From assembly GCA_044356305.1 (NCBI GenBank), contig JBIKWM010000001.1, positions 259,509-323,508 of the forward strand: a DNA stretch of 64,000 nucleotides, given 5' to 3'. This DNA is from Flavobacteriales bacterium. GTDB lineage: Bacteria; Bacteroidota; Bacteroidia; UBA10329. Below, in pieces: positions 50,334-56,230 of this stretch; position 1 is the first letter of the stretch; every line of letters begins with the position of its first letter. The position numbers and the translations under genes are program-made. A model generated the notes under the pieces. The model was not told the DNA's origin. It ran no database searches and worked only from the letters and a program-made list of their open reading frames with translations.

Positions 50334-51335
50334 ATGCCCAAGATCAGAATCCTTTCCATTGACGGTGGCGGCATACGCGGCATCATACCCGGCACCATAC
50401 TGGCCGAGGTGGAGGCACGCATTCAGGCCAAGATGGGCAAGGATGCCCGTCTGGCCGACCATGTGGACCTGGTGGCGGGCACGAGCACAGGGGGCATCAT
50501 AACGTGTGGCATGTTGCTGCCGGGGGCCCAAGGCAGGGCCCGCTACAGCATGCAGGAGGTGGTGAACCTGTATCACGAACGGGGCGCGGACATCTTCAAC
50601 CGGTCGGCCATGCACAAGCTGCGCACGCTGGGCGGCATTGCCGATGAGAAGTACCAGGCCGATGGGCTGGAGCGGGCGCTGGAGGACAAGTTCGGTGACA
50701 TCCGCCTGAACGAGCTGCTGCGGCCCTGCATCATAACGGCCTACGACATTGAGAGGCGCGAAACGGTGTTCTTCGGGCAGCACAAGGCCGCCACCGACCC
50801 TGCCCGCAACTATCTGGTGCGCAGGGTGGCAAGGGCCACCTCGGCCGCGCCCACCTATTTTGAGGCGGCCCTCACGGCCTCTATCACCGGGGCTGCGCGG
50901 CCACTGATAGACGGTGGTGTGTTTGCCAACAACCCCGCCATGTGCGCCTATGCCGAGGCACGGTCGCTGGCAGCGTTGGGCCACCCCACCTCAAAGGACA
51001 TGTTCATGCTGAGCATCGGCACGGGCAGTGTGAAGAAGAGCTACCCTTATAAGGAGGCCAAGGACTACGGCCAGCTGGAGTGGGTGAAGCCGGTGATTGA
51101 CATCATGATGAGCGGCAACAGCGAGACGGTGCACTACCAGCTCACCAAGCTGTTCGGGGCACAGGGCAACGATGACGGATATGTGCGCATGGAGCCTGCC
51201 CTGCTGCCCAAGGCCACATCGGACATGGACGATGTGAGCCCCAAGAACCTCCGCGACCTGAAAAAGGCCGCCCGCAACTACATCGATGCCAACTCCGCGC
51301 TGATAGACCGCGTGGTGAATGAACTGACCAATTGA
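50334..51335 (+). CDS. patatin-like phospholipase
   Basis: Oxyanion DGGGIRG, nucleophile GTSTGG (GxSxG) and catalytic Asp DGGVFANNP. It starts 15 nt after the gasdermin-like stop, and a C7 tract abuts the ATG. Confidence 0.9.
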   Translation: MPKIRILSIDGGGIRGIIPGTILAEVEARIQAKMGKDARLADHVDLVAGTSTGGIITCGMLLPGAQGRARYSMQEVVNLYHERGADIFNRSAMHKLRTLGGIADEKYQADGLERALEDKFGDIRLNELLRPCIITAYDIERRETVFFGQHKAATDPARNYLVRRVARATSAAPTYFEAALTASITGAARPLIDGGVFANNPAMCAYAEARSLAALGHPTSKDMFMLSIGTGSVKKSYPYKEAKDYGQLEWVKPVIDIMMSGNSETVHYQLTKLFGAQGNDDGYVRMEPALLPKATSDMDDVSPKNLRDLKKAARNYIDANSALIDRVVNELTN

Positions 51336-51338
51336 CCC

Positions 51339-51387
51339 CCATTCCTAATTCTTAATTCCCAATTCTTAATTCCTAATTTTTAATTCT
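51339..51387. repeat. heptanucleotide tandem array, 7 units, consensus TAATTCY
   Basis: ccattcc taattct taattcc caattct taattcc taatttt taattct, beginning 4 nt after the patatin stop. Confidence 0.85.
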
Positions 51388-51394
51388 CTGCCCC

Positions 51395-51571
51395 ATGCGC
51401 TCCAAACGCCCCTCGCCCCACGATGACCTCCGCCCGCAGCCCAGCCTGTGGCTCTATGACGATGACCTCGCCCACCCCTACCACGATGAGGCCCCGTCAG
51501 GCATGGGCACCGTGCGTGTGCACAGCCCACCCGCCCCGCGCAGCACCGCCCGGCCCAAAAACAGCCGCTGA
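51395..51571 (+). CDS. possible small Pro/Asp-rich ORF (58 aa)
   Basis: MRSKRPSPHDDLRPQPSLWLYDDDLAHPYHDEAPSGMGTVRVHSPPAPRSTARPKNSR has strong GC3 bias like host genes. Its last 16 codons lie in the 60-nt repeat that recurs at 52982. Confidence 0.3.
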   Translation: MRSKRPSPHDDLRPQPSLWLYDDDLAHPYHDEAPSGMGTVRVHSPPAPRSTARPKNSR

Positions 51572-51580
51572 GCGCCACCC
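51521..51580. repeat. 60-nt direct repeat, copy 1
   Basis: CACAGCCCACCCGCCCCGCGCAGCACCGCCCGGCCCAAAAACAGCCGCTGAGCGCCACCC is identical to 52982..53041 except for one base. Confidence 0.9.
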
Positions 51581-51620
51581 TTTCACTCTCACAATCACTT
51601 TCACTCTCACTTTCACTCAC
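51581..51620. repeat. hexanucleotide array (NNTCAC x6.5)
   Basis: tttcac tctcac aatcac tttcac tctcac tttcac tcac. Confidence 0.8.
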
Positions 51621-51637
51621 TACCAGACCCCACCCCC

Positions 51638-51820
51638 ATGCTCTCACCCTTTGGCATACTGTTGTGCATGTTCGCGCTCCTGCTGCCGCAGGTGGCCATG
51701 TGCCAGACGGTAGCCAAGAAGGGCTCTATTCACTTGTCAGGCTCCGCTGCGGGTATTTACCTCCTCAGAGCGGTCATGGGTAATGGCCATACCCAAACCT
51801 TCAAGTTCGCCAAGCCATGA
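51638..51820 (+). CDS. small ORF resembling the last strands of a T9SS C-terminal sorting domain (possible gene remnant)
   Basis: The GSIHLSGSAAGIYLLRAVMGNGHTQTFKFAK tail looks like the end of a T9SS CTD. Its stop overlaps the next ATG (ATGA). Confidence 0.35.
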   Translation: MLSPFGILLCMFALLLPQVAMCQTVAKKGSIHLSGSAAGIYLLRAVMGNGHTQTFKFAKP

Positions 51821-52332
51821 ATCATTTACCCCATTTGCTGTTCCTAGCGTCCGTCTTAGTTGGAATGGCATCATGTGAGCCCGACCCTATAATTCCTGAG
51901 CCTACGCCTAAGGTATGGGAGAAATTTATAGGGACTTACAACGTAACTAAAATGGATAATGGTGAAACATATTATATGAGCATCACACATCTGGGAATGG
52001 ACACCTTAGACAATGGCGCTATAATTGATTCATTATTAATAATGAACTATGGTGATTTGTTTGAAGAAGTGATTTATTTTAGTTCAAACGGAGGATATTC
52101 GGATAATAGGATAATAAAATTTCCTACTAATTGGCCTACCATTGATAAGTTCGGGTATCGATGGGCCTTCTGGGTAAATTCTCAGGACACCCTCACACCA
52201 GAGTTGGAGAATACGCTCGTCAACGACACCCTTTTACTTTATTTCACTTTGAACAACATCGCTTTCTACTTCGAGGATGGAGTACCTTATTATGAGTGTC
52301 AATGCAAGCATTTAGCAGTGAAAGTGCAATGA
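51817..52332 (+). CDS. hypothetical lipoprotein (paralog A), AT-rich
   Basis: Lipobox GMASC. It shares QDTLTPE.ENTLVNDT..NIAFYFEDGVPYY.C.CKH.AVKVQ with the next gene. Confidence 0.7.
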   Translation: MNHLPHLLFLASVLVGMASCEPDPIIPEPTPKVWEKFIGTYNVTKMDNGETYYMSITHLGMDTLDNGAIIDSLLIMNYGDLFEEVIYFSSNGGYSDNRIIKFPTNWPTIDKFGYRWAFWVNSQDTLTPELENTLVNDTLLLYFTLNNIAFYFEDGVPYYECQCKHLAVKVQ

Positions 52333-52408
52333 GCAGTATAAAGCGAAAGGGGCTCCTTGGAACTAACTTTATTGTTAGTCATTCCCAAAGCCTGAAATTC
52401 ATTAAAGC

Positions 52409-52918
52409 ATGAAACGATCTAACCACATTTATATCATTGGGTTCCTGTCGCTATTTACTGCCTGCGAACCAGACGTGCCTGAGCCAACTCCCATCATCCC
52501 GGAATGGAAGAGATTTGAAGGGGTGTATAATGTTACCAAGCTGGAGAATGGTGACACGTACCAATTAGAAATAAGTTTTGACTCATTGATATCTGAACTT
52601 AGTGGAGAAAGGAAACTTCATATTATTTATAGTAATTTGGATAATTCATTTGACACACTTTCAGCAGTATACTACCCAAACACTGACACCAACAGGATTC
52701 GGTCATTTAATGCCGATTTTCCTGAGTTCGATAATAGTGGGCATCGATGGTCAATATTTGAAATAGGGCAGGACACACTGACCCCTGAACCAGAAAACAC
52801 CTTGGTGAACGACACCATTCTGTTCTACTTCCGGAAAAGCAACATCGCTTTTTACTTTGAAGATGGTGTGCCTTACTACGACTGCTATTGTAAGCACAGG
52901 GCGGTGAAGGTGCAGTGA
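52409..52918 (+). CDS. hypothetical lipoprotein (paralog B), AT-rich
   Basis: Lipobox LFTAC. It is a tandem paralog of 51817..52332. Confidence 0.7.
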   Translation: MKRSNHIYIIGFLSLFTACEPDVPEPTPIIPEWKRFEGVYNVTKLENGDTYQLEISFDSLISELSGERKLHIIYSNLDNSFDTLSAVYYPNTDTNRIRSFNADFPEFDNSGHRWSIFEIGQDTLTPEPENTLVNDTILFYFRKSNIAFYFEDGVPYYDCYCKHRAVKVQ

Positions 52919-52981
52919 ATAATGTGAAGCCATAGGGACATAAATGACCGCACCATGCACACCCCCGCCACACCCCACAAC

Positions 52982-53041
52982 CACAGCCCACCCGCCCCGC
53001 GCAGCACCGCCCGGCACAAAAACAGCCGCTGAGCGCCACCC
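52982..53041. repeat. 60-nt direct repeat, copy 2
   Basis: 59/60 identical to 51521..51580. It is preceded by a short ATG (52955) that would give MHTPATPHNHSPPAPRSTARHKNSR. Confidence 0.9.
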
Positions 53042-53121
53042 GACATATCCCTTTTCATTTTCACTCAACCCCGCACAAGGCGGGTTTCGCTGAACAATCA
53101 ACAATTCAATAAACCAACATC

Positions 53122-53631
53122 ATGGCTAACATAACAGACAACCGACTTAACCTGGTAATGACCGACCCCGAACTGGCCTCGGCCGTACAGCACTTCACTG
53201 ACCTGAAGACTCAGATGCCCTTTCTGGTGGGGCTGGCCTTGGGCGAGAAAAAAGAGATGCAGGGTATCAATGTGAGCAACAAGGCATGGGTAGAGGACTG
53301 CATTATTGAGATGGAGCAGGATCCGTCCATTCTGCCCGGGTTCCTTACTCCGGCCATGGTGACCCGCGACCTAAAGCTGTTCGAGCAGCTTGATGTTGTA
53401 CGGGTCAACGCAGCCGATTTTGCTGCGAAGGTCTCTGACACACAGTTTCTGGCCGGTGCCGAGGCCTACGCGGTATGCCTTATCTACTACAAGATTCTAG
53501 AGGCAGCTGCTAAGGCAGGAATTGCTGGGGCAGCAGAGCGATACAACCGCCTCAAGGCCAGATTTGAGAATCAGGGAGGCACGGGTACCCCGACCACCCC
53601 ACCTTCTGATGGCGAACCACCCGTGGCCTGA
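53122..53631 (+). CDS. hypothetical protein
   Basis: 169 aa and helical, with a Gly/Pro/Thr-rich tail. I recognised no family. Confidence 0.6.
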   Translation: MANITDNRLNLVMTDPELASAVQHFTDLKTQMPFLVGLALGEKKEMQGINVSNKAWVEDCIIEMEQDPSILPGFLTPAMVTRDLKLFEQLDVVRVNAADFAAKVSDTQFLAGAEAYAVCLIYYKILEAAAKAGIAGAAERYNRLKARFENQGGTGTPTTPPSDGEPPVA

Positions 53632-53633
53632 TG

Positions 53634-53885
53634 CCGAAACGGTTCGATTTCAGGCCAAGCCCGTTCAGTCCGGAACCGAACCCGTTCGGTTCCGGACCGA
53701 GTTCGGTCGACCCGGCATTGAACGCGGTCGGCTCAGCGTTGAGCTCGGTCAGTTTTAAACCGAACTCGGCCGACCAGAAATTGAACCCAGTTCGGTTTTT
53801 TACCGAACGCGGTCAATTTGAAACCGAAGTGAGTTCGGTCTTTGGCCGAAGTAGGTTCAATTCAAACCCGAATGCACTTCGGTTT
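53634..53885. repeat. cluster of TTCGG/CCGAA palindromes and hairpins
   Basis: Includes a perfect 13-bp inverted repeat TCCGGAACCGAAC-CC-GTTCGGTTCCGGA (53669-53696) and GACCGA-GT-TCGGTC (53695-53708). Further hairpins are GTTCGGT-T5-ACCGAAC (53790-53808), ACCGAA-gtgag-TTCGGT (53823-53839) and CCGAAGT...ACTTCGG (53845-53882). Confidence 0.85.
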
Positions 53886-53948
53886 TGCACCCCCCTAGTT
53901 CGGTTCTGCACCCCCCTTGTTCGGTTTTCGACCCCCTCTATTCGGTTT
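53886..53948. repeat. three 21-bp tandem repeats (TGCACCCCCCTnGTTCGGTTY), followed by a G10 tract
   Basis: Units are 53886-53906, 53907-53927 and 53928-53948. The G10 lies at 53957-53966 and is complementary to the C-runs. Confidence 0.85.
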
Positions 53949-53995
53949 TGGAGGGTGGGGGGGGGGTCAAACACCCCCCTCTCGAACCGCAAAGT

Positions 53996-54316
53996 ATGCG
54001 ACATTCTGACACACCACCACCAACCACCACAGCCATGACACCCGAAGAGCAGGAGGCCTTTGAGCGCATGAAGGCCAACATCGAACAGTTGAGTCAGCTC
54101 ATCACGCGCGTTGACACCCTGCACCCGCGCACCACACCCACCGAGGCGACCCGGGCCAGCAACCTCACCGATGAGATGCAGCGCTCCATCACCGCTATGA
54201 AGTTCCAGCTCGAGTACATCAGCATCGTGACCCGTCACCTCAACCTACAGGAACAGTTCTTTCCCGCGCCCGGCAGCCCCGTCAAAGCTGCGCACTTTAA
54301 GGTGGGGGAGAATTGA
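53996..54316 (+). CDS. hypothetical small helical protein
   Basis: MRHSDTPPPTTTAMTPEEQEAFERMKANIEQLSQLI... The start could be 53996 or 54035. The ORF-track start at 53885 lies inside the repeats and is unlikely. Confidence 0.5.
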   Translation: MRHSDTPPPTTTAMTPEEQEAFERMKANIEQLSQLITRVDTLHPRTTPTEATRASNLTDEMQRSITAMKFQLEYISIVTRHLNLQEQFFPAPGSPVKAAHFKVGEN

Positions 54317-54452
54317 ATCTTTGACCATCTTTGGAAACACAGACCATTATAGGCGCTAGGGCTTTCTCTTCTTTTAGTGCTGTTGCGAACAGCGAGAAAC
54401 TACTCCCGAACAAGTGGTCCTTCGGAACACTTGCTCGGGCGGGGGGGGTAAC

Positions 54453-55781
54453 ATGGTCATGACTGAATCGGAGCATATAATTCAACAATTCATCAGTCGA
54501 GAATTCCCCTCATTGGCAAAGCGCTACTATGATGAATTTGCCGTAGAGTCAACATATTTATATAAACCTTTAGGAACTGTTATTCAAAACGGTATCAGAT
54601 ACAGTACGTTTGAATTTATAGAACAGTTGGTAAGACTTGAATTCGGCATTCCCTTTGAATTATCTAAATACTTTGATTTTCATGCGCAAGCAATTTTTCG
54701 ATCGCAGCCTATTGACTTCGGATTCACAGCTGTCAACCAATATCCAACTTCCTTTCAAAATCAACAAACACTCGAAGCTCCCTTCAATCTGATCAACTTC
54801 CACCTCTTTGGAGGCCATCCATTTGAAGGTTTATCTGGTCTTTCTTCAAACATCATCAAAGAAAAAGTTAAACAAGACCAAGATTTATACTTCGAGTATA
54901 TTCGACTTCAACTCAAATCACATCTAAAGCGATTTTTTCTATATGGCAGAGTGGAATGGAGATGGGTCATCTTGGACCAATTGGTCCATCACGGAATAGA
55001 TAGGTTTCCAGACTGCCTAAATGGTGAGTTCGATTCTCTAAAATACAGTATGGATTTCTTCTTCCGTTGCGGAAATCTCGGCATCCATAATTCGGGTGTT
55101 CCATACAAGGAAACAGATTGCTACAAATTGGAACTTGAGTTCTATGATAAACTAAAAAGAAAACCTGTTTCAGAGTACACATACACTGATGTCCTAAAAC
55201 AGTACAATCTTAAATGGCAAATATCAAAGTCCCGATCCTCATTAGACAATTCAGGTGTATCGGCCAAATGCGAGGCCTTAGGTGAAGTTCTTCTTGTAGA
55301 TGCCAAGTCGATTCCAACGTGGAACATTTCACCAAGATTTAGCATTGACCTAACCGATGTATTTTACGACCACTCAAGAATTCAGGAAATTTTAGCGACA
55401 TACAACGAACCAGAGAATGCATTGCGACAAATGTTCAATCTTCCCAAAATTGGGGAGGGCTGGATTTCCGAAACCAATTTATACTATCAAATCAAGGAAC
55501 ATTTTAACTCAGAAGTAATCATACAACATGGTAAACCCAATTGGTTGGGTAAACAGCATTTAGATATATGGTTCCCGAAACGCAACATAGGCATTGAATA
55601 TCAGGGCGACCAACATTATTACCCTGTTGCATTTTTCGGTGGCGAAGCCTCTCTTGAAAAGAACAAGGCGCGCGACCAAAGAAAAAAGGAGCTTTGTAAA
55701 GAATTTGGCTGTAGACTAATCTACGTTCTCCCTGATTATGACCTCAATATAGTCATAGGTCAAATCGAGAAATTAATTTGA
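54453..55781 (+). CDS. hypothetical protein, AT-rich, with C-terminal Vsr/DUF559-like (PD-(D/E)xK-type) nuclease-like domain
   Basis: The C-terminus is GKQHLDIWFPKRNIGIEYQGDQHY...KARDQRKKELCKEFGCRLIYV. This pattern (D ... E.xG..H ... D..R...L...G) recalls DUF559/Vsr-type endonuclease domains. I did not recognise the N-terminal ~330 aa. A G8 tract lies 4 nt upstream of ATG 54453. Confidence 0.55.
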   Translation: MVMTESEHIIQQFISREFPSLAKRYYDEFAVESTYLYKPLGTVIQNGIRYSTFEFIEQLVRLEFGIPFELSKYFDFHAQAIFRSQPIDFGFTAVNQYPTSFQNQQTLEAPFNLINFHLFGGHPFEGLSGLSSNIIKEKVKQDQDLYFEYIRLQLKSHLKRFFLYGRVEWRWVILDQLVHHGIDRFPDCLNGEFDSLKYSMDFFFRCGNLGIHNSGVPYKETDCYKLELEFYDKLKRKPVSEYTYTDVLKQYNLKWQISKSRSSLDNSGVSAKCEALGEVLLVDAKSIPTWNISPRFSIDLTDVFYDHSRIQEILATYNEPENALRQMFNLPKIGEGWISETNLYYQIKEHFNSEVIIQHGKPNWLGKQHLDIWFPKRNIGIEYQGDQHYYPVAFFGGEASLEKNKARDQRKKELCKEFGCRLIYVLPDYDLNIVIGQIEKLI

Positions 55782-55782
55782 T

Positions 55783-55949
55783 ACTCCCCTCTCCCGCTCG
55801 CGTGTTTTGTTCGCTCGCGTCCCGCGAGTGAGGATCACTCTGCCTCCCGCATCCTAATAAACACCCCCCTCCCCCGCTCGCGTGCTTTTTTCGCTCGCGT
55901 CTCGCGAGTGAGGATTACTCTGCCTCCGGCATCCTAATAAACACTCCCC
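55783..55949. repeat. 80-nt tandem repeat, two copies plus a partial third
   Basis: CCGCTCGCGTG recurs at 55794 and 55874. Each unit contains the hairpin TCGCTCGCG-n3-CGCGAGTGA and ends in ATCCTAATAAACA. Confidence 0.85.
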
Positions 55950-56044
55950 TTAACCCCCTCAATTGATCATTGCTCATTGTAAAATGCCCCCCCACCCCCT
56001 CTCGCATTCCTCAGTATTCCCCCGTTTCCATTTCCTTTGGGGCA

Positions 56045-56161
56045 ATGAGAACACCACTCTTCGGCCTGATGCTGCTGCTGGGCATCGGGTCGTGCACCGC
56101 ACCGGCCATGGACAGGGAGGCGGCCGTGGCACCCAAAGAACCCTCCCCGTACTCATCGTAG
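56045..56161 (+). CDS. possible 38-aa lipoprotein ORF ending in TAG
   Basis: MRTPLFGLMLLLGIGSCTAPAMDREAAVAPKEPSPYSS has a good lipoprotein signal and moderate GC3 bias. It is the only TAG-terminated candidate and is in frame with the MMPL gene. Confidence 0.3.
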   Translation: MRTPLFGLMLLLGIGSCTAPAMDREAAVAPKEPSPYSS

Positions 56162-56230
56162 TGCGCTCTTAGCGCCCAGCCTGCCCCTGCCTACATTCGC
56201 GCCCGCCCGAAAAGGCCTTATCCCGGCACA

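Noticed and set aside
49392-51620. Possibility that the short-period arrays are a CRISPR array.
   Set aside because: The units are 6-7 nt and contiguous, with no 25-40 nt spacers. Only one CRISPR-like 29-mer exists, and it is solitary.
51366-53039. Two minus-strand Cys-rich ORFs sharing ALSGCFxAGRCCAGRVGC (51366..51647 and 52707..53039), considered as possible RiPP-like precursors.
   Set aside because: The shared peptide is just the antisense reading of the 60-nt direct repeat. The flanks are unrelated, and one ORF overlaps the end of a lipoprotein gene.
53631-54038. 135-aa ORF starting at a TGATG overlap with the 169-aa gene.
   Set aside because: Its sequence is dictated by the palindromes and 21-bp repeats (PNPF, LVRFCTP repeats). 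Palindromic DNA is unlikely to be selected as coding. It is kept only as a caveat under the palindrome finding.
48861-55949. Integron-like cassette array (same-strand small ORFs separated by repeats).
   Set aside because: There is no integron integrase. The intergenic repeats differ from one another. The GTTCGGT motifs do not fit the attC core GTTRRRY/RYYYAAC consensus.
53886-55949. Type III toxin-antitoxin-like arrangement (tandem RNA repeats next to a toxin gene).
   Set aside because: The 21-nt units are shorter than known antitoxin repeats (about 36-45 nt). The 80-nt repeats lie after, not before, the candidate nuclease gene, and no terminator separates the repeats from the gene.
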